Shown here: positions 46,661 through 59,046 of the stretch, one piece after another | Layout: each line of letters opens with the position of its first letter | How positions within the stretch are numbered: position 1 is the stretch's first letter | DNA from: Thermoanaerobaculia bacterium | GTDB taxonomy: Bacteria; Acidobacteriota; Thermoanaerobaculia; Multivoradales; JAGPDF01 | Assembly: GCA_963719555.1 (NCBI GenBank) | Contig: CAVRCL010000009.1 | Span: 26,606 to 90,605 of the forward strand | Length of the DNA stretch: 64,000 nt | Direction: 5' to 3' | The notes under the pieces: model-generated | Told to the model about the DNA's origin: nothing | The model's input: only the letters and a program-made list of their open reading frames with translations | The model's database searches: none | Translations under genes and position numbers: made by a program

Positions 46661-48034
46661 ATGTTTCGAATTCCCGTCGTGATCACCGGTCTGGGGCCGA
46701 TCTCCGCCATCGGCTGCGGCAGGCGGCCGTTCTGGGAGGCGCTGCTTGCCGGACGGCATGGCTTCGGTCCGATCACGCTCTGCGATGCGGATGCGTCGCC
46801 GGCGAAGATCGCCGCCGAGGTCAAGGGGTTCGACCTCGACGACTATGTCGAGAGCGGCAAGGTGCTCGCGCGCCACACGCCGCGGCCGTCGCAGATGGCG
46901 CTCGCGGCGGCGCTGCTGGCGCTGCACGACGCCGAGCTCGACGTCAACCTGATGTCGGAGTCGATGGGGCTCTACGTCGGCACCTCGCTGGCGAATCTGG
47001 AGACCACCTTCGCGATGCGCGACCGCTGGAAAGCCACCGGCGTGCTGCCGGCGCACGCCGCCTTCCAGACCTTTCCGCATTCGATCGCCTGCCAGGTCTC
47101 GGCTCTTCTCGACCTGCGAGGCCCGCTGCACACAACCACCTCGGGCTGCAATTCCGGCGTCGATGCTCTCGGTCTCGCCCTGCGCCAGGTGCAGTCCGGC
47201 ACCGTCGACGCGATGCTCGTCATCGGCGTCGACTGCGAGGTGGTCCCCGAGATCCTCGCCGCCTTGAACGCCGCGAGCGCCCTCACGACCCGTTTCAACG
47301 ACGATCCCGGCCGGGCTTCGCGGCCGTTCGACCGGGCTCGCGACGGCAACGTCCTGGGCGAGGGTGCCGGGGCGTTGGTTGTCGAGTCCGAGCCCCACGC
47401 CCGCGCTCGCAAGGCGCGGATCTATGCGCGATTCCAGGGCTACGCGACGGCGAGCGCCGGCCGCGCCCGCCAGTACAGCCACGACCAGCCCGAGCTCGAT
47501 CTGCGGCCCGCGGTGCGGGCGCTGCGGGGCGCGATCGCCGATGCCTCCTGGACCGCCGAGCAGGTCGACACGGTCAACGCCAACGGCTCGAGCTCGCGGC
47601 TCTACGACGTGGTCGAGGCGCAGGCGCTCGCCAGGGTCTTCGGCGAGCGTTTCCCGACGATCCCGGTGACTTCGATCAAGTCGATGCTGGGCCAGCACGG
47701 CGCCGGCTCGAGCGCGCTCCAGGCGATCGCCTCCTGCCTGACGCTGCGCCGCGGCCAGGTGCCCCCCACCGTGAACCACGAAGACCCCGAGCCGGACTGC
47801 GGACCGATCCGCGTCGTGACCGCGCCGCTCGGCAGCGGACCGCAGCGCGTCCTCATGCATGCCATCGGATTCGGCGGCTTCTACTACTCGGCGGCGGCGT
47901 TCGAGGCGATGCCGGCGGGCGAGAGCTCGCGCACCGGCCTCCTGCAGACGACCTGGAGCGAAGAGGTCGAGAAGTTCCGTCCGCGCCCGCGCTTCGACGA
48001 GCCGGTGCCCCCGTGGGAGCGTCCGCCGGGCTGA
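46661..48034 (+). CDS. FabF-like beta-ketoacyl synthase with atypical active site
   Basis: VVITGLGPISAIG, TSGCNSG, ASRPFDRARDGNVLGEGAG, VTSIKSMLG, PPTVN, IGFGG. Confidence 0.85.
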   Translation: MFRIPVVITGLGPISAIGCGRRPFWEALLAGRHGFGPITLCDADASPAKIAAEVKGFDLDDYVESGKVLARHTPRPSQMALAAALLALHDAELDVNLMSESMGLYVGTSLANLETTFAMRDRWKATGVLPAHAAFQTFPHSIACQVSALLDLRGPLHTTTSGCNSGVDALGLALRQVQSGTVDAMLVIGVDCEVVPEILAALNAASALTTRFNDDPGRASRPFDRARDGNVLGEGAGALVVESEPHARARKARIYARFQGYATASAGRARQYSHDQPELDLRPAVRALRGAIADASWTAEQVDTVNANGSSSRLYDVVEAQALARVFGERFPTIPVTSIKSMLGQHGAGSSALQAIASCLTLRRGQVPPTVNHEDPEPDCGPIRVVTAPLGSGPQRVLMHAIGFGGFYYSAAAFEAMPAGESSRTGLLQTTWSEEVEKFRPRPRFDEPVPPWERPPG

Positions 48035-48130
48035 GACCGCCCCGCCGCGTCGCCTTTCTGCTCCTTCTGCCGTTCTGGAGAGAAAGGTCCGGGCCTGCCG
48101 CTCGGCCTCGAGTTCTCCGGGAGGAGCCCC

Positions 48131-49000
48131 ATGCACTGCCAGGACCGCACGCCCGCTCGCTTCAAGCTGCACCCGATCGCTGCCACGGCGCTCCTCGGAG
48201 CGGTTCTCGGTCTCACTGCCCTGCCAGCGGCAGCGCAGGAGGTGATCGAGGGCAAAGCGATCCTTGCCCACCCCGCAGGAAAGGCGGTCGTCGACGCCGG
48301 GAGGCTTCTGAAGGCAGGCAAGCTCGCCGAGGTCAAGAGAGCGAGCGTGAAGGAGGCGCGCGAGGCGTGGGCGGCGTCGTCCGAGGCCGACCAGCGTGCG
48401 GAGGCCGCCGAGGCGGCAGCGAGCGCTCCCGACCTCACGACACTCGAAGCGGAGATCGCTCGGAGCGGCATCCTGACGAACTACGGCGATTCCGCCATGC
48501 TGCGCACCGCAGCGGCGGATGGCAACAGCGCCATCATGGCCTTCCTCGTTCTCGAAGGGGGCAAGTGGAAGGTCACTGCCGGCCCGAAGACGGTCGACAC
48601 CACGCCGGTCGAGGAGACGGCGCCGCCGATCGCGGGAGCCGCGGTGCTTGAGCACGAGATCGGCAAGGCCGCGCTCGCCTTCGCCAAGGAGATCGCTGCC
48701 GGCAAGTTCGCCGCCGCCGACGCGTTGCGCAGCGGTCCGGCAAGAGCCAAGCGGGCCACCGAGTCGGCGAAGGAGCGCCAGGAGAGCGACGCCTACTGGA
48801 AGTCGACCCTGCCGGCGCCCGCCGTTCTCGCTGACCAGATCCGCTCGGGCGGCAAGATCACATTCGTCGGCGAGAAGGCCTACCTGAGCGTCAGTCAGAA
48901 CGTGGTCACCCCGAACGCCGATGGCAGCACCAGCTACTCCTCGAGCTCGATGTCGGTGCCGTTCGAGCTCGACAACGGCAAGTGGCGCGTCGCCGACTAG
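48131..49000 (+). CDS. Exported hypothetical protein with two tandem homologous domains
   Basis: SD GGAGGAG; signal peptide to AAA-QE; halves end LVLEGGKWKV and FELDNGKWRV. Confidence 0.75.
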   Translation: MHCQDRTPARFKLHPIAATALLGAVLGLTALPAAAQEVIEGKAILAHPAGKAVVDAGRLLKAGKLAEVKRASVKEAREAWAASSEADQRAEAAEAAASAPDLTTLEAEIARSGILTNYGDSAMLRTAAADGNSAIMAFLVLEGGKWKVTAGPKTVDTTPVEETAPPIAGAAVLEHEIGKAALAFAKEIAAGKFAAADALRSGPARAKRATESAKERQESDAYWKSTLPAPAVLADQIRSGGKITFVGEKAYLSVSQNVVTPNADGSTSYSSSSMSVPFELDNGKWRVAD

Positions 49001-49064
49001 ACGATCTGCCGTCGCCGCGAGGCGAAGGAAGCTCCGGTCGCCCCGGTGCCGGGCGGAGGAGGGG

Positions 49065-49090
49065 TGAAACGTCCGGCGCTGCGTTGCGTA
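49065..49090 (+). promoter_or_regulatory. ECF sigma factor promoter (SigW-like consensus)
   Basis: TGAAAC-N16-CGTA ending 23 nt before the pspC-like ATG, followed by SD GGAGGAG. Confidence 0.6.
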
Positions 49091-49113
49091 GGATCTCCAG
49101 GGAGGAGACGGTC

Positions 49114-49359
49114 ATGGCCGAGGTCCGATTGCGACGTTCGCGGGAGCACAAGGTGGTGGGTGGGGTGATCGGCGGTTTCGCGGCTTACTTCGACCGCGAT
49201 CCAGGGTTGCTCCGGGTCCTCTACGTGCTGATCTCCATCGTTTCGGCGGCCTTTCCAGGCATCTTCGTCTATCTCATCCTCTGGGCGGTGATTCCACTCG
49301 CCGAGGCGCCGAGGGCAGCGGAGAGCCGTGCCGCATCGGATCCGATCGCGGTCCCGTAG
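49114..49359 (+). CDS. PspC domain membrane protein
   Basis: RLRRSREHKVVGGVIGGFAAYFDRDPGLLRVLYV...YLILWAVIP. Confidence 0.9.
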   Translation: MAEVRLRRSREHKVVGGVIGGFAAYFDRDPGLLRVLYVLISIVSAAFPGIFVYLILWAVIPLAEAPRAAESRAASDPIAVP

Positions 49360-49387
49360 ACTCAACTCGTTGCTCGAGGAGACTTCG

Positions 49388-49903
49388 ATGTCCGGAACGG
49401 CCCGATCCTTCCGTCAACTCTCGTCCAGGCAGTTCTTCGCCTTGGCGCTCCTTTCCGCGCTCTTTGCCGGGCCCTTCGCCGGGCCCCTCGCCGCGGCGGA
49501 AGAGAGCCAGGCCGACGATCGCGCGGCGGTGGTCAAGGTGGTGACCGACGCCTACGTCGACGGGGTGCACAACTTCCGCGATCCGGCGGCGATGCGCCGC
49601 GGATTCCATCCCGACTTCGAGATGCTCTCGCTGCGCGACGGCAAGCTCGCCCGGTTGACGCTCGACAACTGGATCAAAGGGATGGAGGCGCGGAACCTGA
49701 AGGAGCCGCCGCCGAAGGCCGCGCCCGAGGCGCCGCGCGAGACCACGGCGAAGTTCGTGACGGTGGAGATCACCGGCACGGCCGCGACCTGCAAGGTCGA
49801 GCTCTCTCGAGGCGGGAAGCAGATCTTCACCGACTTCCTGGCGCTCTACAAGTTCGCCGACGGCTGGAAGATCGTCTCCAAGACCTTCTACCGCCACCCG
49901 TAG
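49388..49903 (+). CDS. Exported NTF2-like (lumazine-binding-like) protein
   Basis: Signal peptide; AYVDG, MRRGFHPD, VEITGTAATCKVE, FTDFLALYKFADGWKIVSKTF. Confidence 0.82.
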   Translation: MSGTARSFRQLSSRQFFALALLSALFAGPFAGPLAAAEESQADDRAAVVKVVTDAYVDGVHNFRDPAAMRRGFHPDFEMLSLRDGKLARLTLDNWIKGMEARNLKEPPPKAAPEAPRETTAKFVTVEITGTAATCKVELSRGGKQIFTDFLALYKFADGWKIVSKTFYRHP

Positions 49904-49988
49904 CGACAGACCGACGGCACGGCAGCGGGTTTCCGCTCCCGGGACCGGTCCACTGGCAATCCGGCCCTCGACCGTTACAATCACCCGA

Positions 49989-51872
49989 ATGGTGGATACG
50001 ACCGGACGGCCGGAAGCGGGTTGGGCACGGGGCGGGAGATCAGGGTCGCTCGGCCCGGCTGCCGCAGCACGATGGAGTTGCCTGCTCGCCGGGGGGCTCC
50101 TCGCTCTCGCCTGCAGCGGCAATCCGGCGCCTCAGAGCCCGGTCGCCGCGGCGGCGACTCCGGTTGCGGCAGGAGCGACCTCGCCCCCGCCGTTGCCACC
50201 CCTCACCCCGGAGTCTGCCGCTCCTTCGGCGCCCGGCGCGACGGCTGGCGTAGGTTCCGCAGCCCAGGGAGTCGAGGAGCCGGGCTCGCGAGAGCTGCAG
50301 CCAGGTGATGAAGTCGAGGCAGAGGTGGCCGATTCGATCGATTCGAACGCTTCGAGCGAGTCGAACGAGGCCGCCACCGCGAGCGTGGCGGACGATCCGG
50401 AGACGTTGTTGCACGAGGCGATGGACGCTTACGCCTCTGCCGGGGTCTCCTGGGATCGCGGCGCCGCGGACGAGGCCATCGCGGCGCTCGATCGCGCCTA
50501 CGAGAAGATGACCCGGATCGCCCTCGAACCCTCTCCCACCGGCGATGCCGTGCTGTCGAAGGAGAAAGAGAACCTGCGACGGCTGATCTCGCGGCGGATC
50601 GTCGAGATCTACGCCGCCCGCCAGACCTCCCTCGGCGATACCCAGGCGTCGATTCCGCGCGACATGAATCCGGACGTCGCGCGCGAGATCGCGAGCTTCC
50701 AGGGCCGTGAGCGGACTTTCTTCCTCGAGGCCTACCGCCGCTCCGGTCTCTACCGGCCGATGATCGTCGCGCAACTGCAAGAGGCGGGGCTCCCCGAGCA
50801 GTTGAGCTGGCTGCCTCTGGTCGAGAGCGGTTTCAAGGACCGCGCTCTTTCCTCCGCCCGCGCCCTGGGCCTCTGGCAGTTCATCGCCTCGACCGGATAT
50901 CGCTACGGTCTCGACCGCTCGAACTGGGTGGACGAGCGCATGGACCCGGAGAAGTCGACCAAGGCGGCGCTCGCCTATCTCACCGCGCTGCACGACCTGT
51001 TCGGCGACTGGCTGACGGCGCTCGCGGCCTACAACTGCGGCGAGCACAACGTCCTGCGGCAGATCAACAACTCCAAGGTCAGCTATCTCGATCAGTTCTG
51101 GGACCTCTATTCGCGCCTGCCGCACGAGACGCGGCGCTACGTGCCGCGCTTCCTCGCCACCCTGGCCATTCTCGAGAATCCGGCCCAGTACGGCTTCGAG
51201 CTCCCCGAGCCCTACGCGCCGGTCCCCTACGAGACGGCCGAGCTCGCCCGGGCGACCCAGCTCGAACAGCTCGACCGCGCCCTGGCCCTCGAAGCGGGAA
51301 CCCTGGCGCGCCTGAACCCGGAGCTGCGCCGGAATGCGACGCCGAAAGAACCTTACCGGCTCAAGATCCCCCTTGGCGCAGGGCCGGCACTTCTCGCCAG
51401 CCTCGAAACGCTGCCGAAGTGGGATCCACCGCAGGTGGAGAGCACGCAGGTCGAGGGTTCGACTTATCGCGTGCGCTCGGGCGACACCCTGTCGGGGATC
51501 GCCGCGCGCCATCGCACCAGTGTTTCGGCGATCAAGTCGGCCAACAACCTGCGCAGCGACCGCCTTGCGCTCGGCCAGCGCCTGCGGATTCCGGGCCGGG
51601 GCGGGAGGGCTCCTGTCGCTGCCGCCTCCACGGTGGTCGCGCGTGCGGCCCCCGTGGGGAGCCCTGCTGCAGCGGTGGTCCCGGCTCCCACGAGCGCCGG
51701 CGAAGTTCGCCACCAGGTGCGTTCCGGCGACAGTCTCTGGCTGCTCGCCTCGCGCTACGGCACCACGGTTGAGCGCATCCGCGCCGACAATGGCTTGCGC
51801 GGCAACGCGCTCTTGCCCGGGCAGGTCCTGGTGATCCGGAGCCCGACGTCCGGGTCCGCCGGGGGGGCCTGA
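49989..51872 (+). CDS. MltD-like lytic transglycosylase lipoprotein with LysM domains
   Basis: Lipobox LA-C; LPLVESGF, ALGLWQFI, DERMDPEKST, ALAAYNCG, ETRRYVPR; LysM YRVRSGDTLSGIA and HQVRSGDSLWLLA. Confidence 0.92.
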   Translation: MVDTTGRPEAGWARGGRSGSLGPAAAARWSCLLAGGLLALACSGNPAPQSPVAAAATPVAAGATSPPPLPPLTPESAAPSAPGATAGVGSAAQGVEEPGSRELQPGDEVEAEVADSIDSNASSESNEAATASVADDPETLLHEAMDAYASAGVSWDRGAADEAIAALDRAYEKMTRIALEPSPTGDAVLSKEKENLRRLISRRIVEIYAARQTSLGDTQASIPRDMNPDVAREIASFQGRERTFFLEAYRRSGLYRPMIVAQLQEAGLPEQLSWLPLVESGFKDRALSSARALGLWQFIASTGYRYGLDRSNWVDERMDPEKSTKAALAYLTALHDLFGDWLTALAAYNCGEHNVLRQINNSKVSYLDQFWDLYSRLPHETRRYVPRFLATLAILENPAQYGFELPEPYAPVPYETAELARATQLEQLDRALALEAGTLARLNPELRRNATPKEPYRLKIPLGAGPALLASLETLPKWDPPQVESTQVEGSTYRVRSGDTLSGIAARHRTSVSAIKSANNLRSDRLALGQRLRIPGRGGRAPVAAASTVVARAAPVGSPAAAVVPAPTSAGEVRHQVRSGDSLWLLASRYGTTVERIRADNGLRGNALLPGQVLVIRSPTSGSAGGA

Positions 51873-51905
51873 CCCGGCTTCCGCCTGCGATAGACTCGAC
51901 CGGCC

Positions 51906-52735
51906 GTGCAGGCCCCCCTCCTCTTCGAGGAACTCCCAGCTTCCCCTTCTCCCTTGCGGGCCGCAGTCCTGGGCTCGGGGAGCGGAGGAAACGCCGTCGT
52001 CGTCGAATCGGCCGGCTTCCGCGTCCTGATCGACGCCGGTTTCTCCTGCAAGGAGCTCGAGCGCCGCATGCGGCTGGTCGGGATCGATCCCGTCGACGAT
52101 CCGGGCGGTGCTCCTCACCCACGAGCACGAGGACCACATCAAGGGGATCGACCGTTTCGCGCGCAAGCATCGGCTGCCGGTCTACCTCACGGCGGGGACG
52201 ATGCTCGGCACCGCTCCTCGGCGACGAGGTCACCCCCCGCTCGGTGCGGATCGAATCGGGCCGGCCTTTCGAGGTCGGCCCTTTTGCTGTCGAGGCGTTC
52301 TCGATTCCGCACGACGCGCGCGAGCCGGTCGGCTTCGTCCTTCAGGACGGGCACGGCCGGCGATTGGGCCTCGCGGGCGACATCGGCTGCCGCACCCAGC
52401 TCGCCTGGGGCCGGCTCGCCGACCTCGACTGCCTGATGCTCGAGACCAATCACGACCTCGAGATGTTGCGCAGCGGCCCCTATCCCTGGGCGCTCAAGCA
52501 GCGCGTCGCCGGGCGCCACGGGCATCTCTCCAACCGCGAGGCCGCGGACGGCCTGCCGGAGCTGCTTGCCGAGCGTCTGCGCTTCGTCGTGCTCTACCAT
52601 CTGTCGCGCACCAACAACATGCCGGCGCTCGCGGCGGCAGAGGTCGCCGAAACGCTCGCCCGCGAAGGTTCCGAGGCCGAGATCGTGATCAGCAGTCAGT
52701 TCGAACCTTCGTCGTGGCTGGAGGTGGGGGCGTGA
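51906..52735 (+). CDS. MBL-fold metallo-hydrolase, YycJ/WalJ-like (frameshifted)
   Basis: LGSGSGGN, LIDAG, THEHEDH, IPHDA, LETNHD, YPWALKQRV, GHLSN, HLSRTNN. Confidence 0.88.
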
Positions 52736-52789
52736 GTGGGGAAGCGGGCGTCCCGCCGGAGAGTCGCGCAGCAGAAAGGCTGGTGAGGT

Positions 52790-53071
52790 ATGCGGGCTAA
52801 GGTGACGGTCTATCCGCGGCGCGAGATTCTCGATCCGCAAGGCAAGGCGATCCGCACCGCGCTGCAGCGCGTCGGCTTCGCGGAGGTCGCGCGAGGTGCG
52901 CGCCGGCAAGAGTTTCGAGATCGACCTCGGCGCTCTCGATCCCCAGGCGGCCGCTGACCGCGTCGCCGCGATGTGCGAGCAGCTGCTCGCCAATACCGTG
53001 GTCGAGGAGTACGCAATCGAGATTTTGGGCGAGGCGCCGGCTGGCGCCGAGCGTTCCGGAGGAACCGCGTC

Positions 53072-53075
<4 letters not shown>
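52790..53075 (+). CDS. purS: FGAM synthase subunit PurS (frameshift near 52895)
   Basis: MRAKVTVYPRREILDPQGKAI; shifted VRAGKSFEI..MCEQLLANTVVEEY; stop overlaps purQ ATG. Confidence 0.92.
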
Positions 53076-53782
<707 letters not shown>

Positions 53783-53813
53783 CCGCCCGCGCCCGGATGA
53801 GCCGCCCCCCGCG

Positions 53814-56086
<2,273 letters not shown>

Positions 56087-56133
56087 CAACGGCGGCACAG
56101 CAGGGGAGTCGAGGGAGGCGGGGCGAACGGACC

Positions 56134-57537
56134 ATGTGCGGCATCTTCGGCATCGACAACGCGGACGACGCGGCGAATCTCGCCTATCTCGGCCTCTACG
56201 CGCTGCAGCATCGCGGCCAGGAGAGCTCCGGCATCTGCGCCTGGGACGGCGAGCGCATGCACGTCGAGCGCGGCATGGGGCACGTCGCGGAGATCTTCCC
56301 GGACAAGGTGCTGGCGCGCCTCCCGGGGCGGCGGGCGATGGGGCACACGCGCTACTCGACCGCCGGCTCGTCGGTGGTCGCCAACGCCCAGCCGATCGTG
56401 GTCAAGACCTCGATGGGGCCGGTCGGCATCGTGCACAACGGCAACCTCACCAACGCCGCCGCGATCCGCGCCCAGCTCGAACAGGGCGGTTCGATCTTCC
56501 AGACCACCAGCGACACCGAAGTCATCCTGCATCTCATGGCGCGCAATCCGCGCGCCGATGTCGTCGAGTCGCTGATGGTGGCGCTCTCGGAGGTCGAAGG
56601 GCGCCTATTCGCTCCTTCTGATTACCGACGGTTGCCTGATCGCGGCGCGCGATCCGCACGGCTTCCGGCCGCTCGCGATCGCCGAGTTCGAACGGCTTCC
56701 ACTGCTTCGCCTCGGAATCGTGCGCCTTCGACCTGCTGGGGGCGCGAAAGCTCCGCGAGCTCGAGCCCGGGCGAGGTCGCCGTGGCGAGGAACGGCGGGC
56801 TCGAGTCGTTCCGCCTGGCGCGAGAAGGTCGCTCCGGCGCGCTGCCTGTTCGAACACGTCTACTTCGCTCGTCCCGACAGCGTGGTCTTCGGCGACTCGG
56901 TAGCGGAGATTCGCCGCCGGCTGGGCGCCCAGCTGGCGCGCGAGGCGCCGGCCGCCGCCGACATCGTCGTGCCGGTGCCCGACAGCGGCCTCTACGCGGC
57001 GTTCGGCTACAGCCGCGAGTCGGGCCTGCCGTTCGAGCTCGGGATGACCCGCAACCACTACGTCGGCCGGACGTTCATCGAGCCCAAGCAGTCGATCCGC
57101 AACTTCGGCGTCAAGGTGAAGCTCAACCCGGTGCGCGGAGATCATCGCCGGCCAGCGGGTCGTGCTGATCGACGACTCGATCGTGCGCGGCACGACCTCG
57201 CGCAAGATCGTGCGCATGATGCGCGAGGCCGGCGCGGCCGAGGTCCACCTGCGCATCTCCTCGCCGCCGACCGCGCTGGCCCTGCTACTACGGCATCGAC
57301 ACCCCGCGCCGCACCGAGCTCATCGCGGCGCAGCAGTCGGTCGAGGAGATCCGCGCCTTCGTCGAAGCCGACTCGCTGGGTTACCTCTCCCTCGAAGGGC
57401 TGCGTCGGCTGCATGGGCGGCGCCAAGGCGAGCTACTGCACCGCCTGCTGGAGCGGCGACTATCCGCGTCCCCATCTCCGCCCAGCGACCGCCGCCAGAG
57501 CGAGCTCTTCCCCATCCGCGCGGAAGAGGAGTCGTAG
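56134..57537 (+). CDS. purF: Amidophosphoribosyltransferase (frameshifted)
   Basis: [66 protein letters not shown]. Confidence 0.96.
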
Positions 57538-57613
57538 CGCTAGACGCGGCGATTGCCTGCGATCCAGCGCGAGGCATCGCGGGTGCGGACGGCTGCGAAC
57601 TTGCTCGGCGGGA

Positions 57614-57868
57614 TCAGTAGTGGAAGCGGCACTGGATTACGATGATCTCTTCGCCCTCGATGCGATACACCAGGCGGTGCTCGCGATTGATGCGCCGCGA
57701 CCAACAGCCGGCGAGGTCATGTCTGAGCGATTCGGGCTTTCCGATACCGGCGAAGGGCGTGGCGCGAATGGAGTCGAGCAGAGAGCGGATGCGACCAACA
57801 ACCTTGGGATTAGTCTCTTTCCAGAACGCAACATCACGTGCCGCGCTCTCGGTGAAGCGTATTTTCAA
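57614..57868 (-). CDS. YoeB/Txe family toxin
   Basis: [31 protein letters not shown]...QCRFHY. Confidence 0.95.
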   Translation of the reverse strand: MKIRFTESAARDVAFWKETNPKVVGRIRSLLDSIRATPFAGIGKPESLRHDLAGCWSRRINREHRLVYRIEGEEIIVIQCRFHY

Positions 57869-58113
57869 AGATCGACCTCGATCGTCTTGCCTTCGGCGGC
57901 CTCCTTCAAGCTCTGCGAAAGCGCGGCGCGGTTCTCTGCGGTCGATGTCAGGTAGGCCGTTTCATCCATGCTCTGCCATTCTGCGCCGGGCACCAGCGCG
58001 AACTTGCGCCCATCCGCCAGCGTGACGATGACGGTCTCTTCGCGTTCGATGACCGCATCCAGGATCTCGTCAGTCTTGGCGCGGAACTCTTTCAGCGAAA
58101 CGGCAGTGGTCAT
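57865..58113 (-). CDS. YefM/Phd family antitoxin
   Basis: MTTAVSLKEFRAKTDEILDAV, VIVT, EWQSMDETAYL, NRAALSQSL; 4-nt overlap with toxin. Confidence 0.92.
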   Translation of the reverse strand: MTTAVSLKEFRAKTDEILDAVIEREETVIVTLADGRKFALVPGAEWQSMDETAYLTSTAENRAALSQSLKEAAEGKTIEVDL

Positions 58114-58189
58114 GGCTGGTACTCCAGTGCAGGCGATTCTACTCCCGGCCGGTGGAGAGCTGAAGCAAGACGATCCGCCGCCGACGGTC

Positions 58190-58219
58190 GCGCCGAGGCG
58201 AGCTACTGCGCCGCCTGCT
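58190..58219 (+). repeat. purF duplicate fragment A (matches 57420-57449)
   Basis: GCGCCGAGGCGAGCTACTGCGCCGCCTGCT vs GCGCCAAGGCGAGCTACTGCACCGCCTGCT, 28/30 identical. Confidence 0.9.
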
Positions 58220-58330
58220 TCCAAGCGCCAGGCTGTGTCGCATGAGATGGCGCTTACCCTGAGACTGGTATCGGCTTGATGCAGACCTGGTTCAGGTCGC
58301 CTGCAACGAAGTGGTGCGAGAGGAAGACGA

Positions 58331-58924
58331 ATGAGCAGTCGCGTCTCAACCCTAGCCGCAGTGGTGATTCTCATCGCAGTCAAGGCTTGGGGTCTTCCCG
58401 GCCCGGTCCCTGCTGGCCCCGGAGCATCGCCGGGCAGCTTGTACACATTCCCAGAGGATGACAAACCCGTAGTCGTCATGACCTCGAAGGGCACCATGGT
58501 TCCGATGGATCTCTCGTTCACGCTCTACGCTTCCGGAACGGCGGTGATCGAGAACTCAATTCGCGAAGGCTCTGAGGAGGTTGTTCTCCCTCTCGAAGAG
58601 CGCGAAGCAATCTTGCGCGACATCGTCGATGGAGATCTTCTGAACTATGACGCCGCAGCTCTCTCGCGGGAGCAAGATCGTATTTCCGGGCTCCACAATG
58701 TCGGAGACTCCCCCAACAGCGACCTTGCAGCGTTCGTCGTCAGTATGAGAATCCTGCGGGACGACGGCCGAGGCGCTCCCATGGTGGAGAAGGCGGCGAC
58801 AGTTCACATCTACGGGGCGAGCCGGCTCGCGAAGGAATTTCCCTCCATACGCGCCTACCAGGCCCTGGCCGACCTCGAGAAGATATTCCGCAACCAACTC
58901 TCCCGCACCGAGATTGCGAAATGA
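58331..58924 (+). CDS. Exported hypothetical protein, apparent paralogue of 43657-44328
   Basis: Intact 197 aa ORF, SD GAGG, N-terminal hydrophobic signal ending AWG, visibly lower GC. Confidence 0.78.
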   Translation: MSSRVSTLAAVVILIAVKAWGLPGPVPAGPGASPGSLYTFPEDDKPVVVMTSKGTMVPMDLSFTLYASGTAVIENSIREGSEEVVLPLEEREAILRDIVDGDLLNYDAAALSREQDRISGLHNVGDSPNSDLAAFVVSMRILRDDGRGAPMVEKAATVHIYGASRLAKEFPSIRAYQALADLEKIFRNQLSRTEIAK

Positions 58925-58948
58925 GGCGTTCTCTCTCTTACATATTCT

Positions 58949-59040
58949 CCTGCTGGAGCGGCGACTACCGCGTCCCCATCTCCGCCACCGACCGCCGCCA
59001 GAGCCTCCTCTTCCCCATCCGCGCGGAAGAGGAGTCGTAG
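58949..59040 (+). repeat. purF duplicate fragment B including stop codon (matches 57444-57537)
   Basis: 92 nt encoding [29 protein letters not shown]; differs from the gene copy by 4 substitutions and two 1-nt indels. Confidence 0.95.
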
Positions 59041-59046
59041 GAGAAG

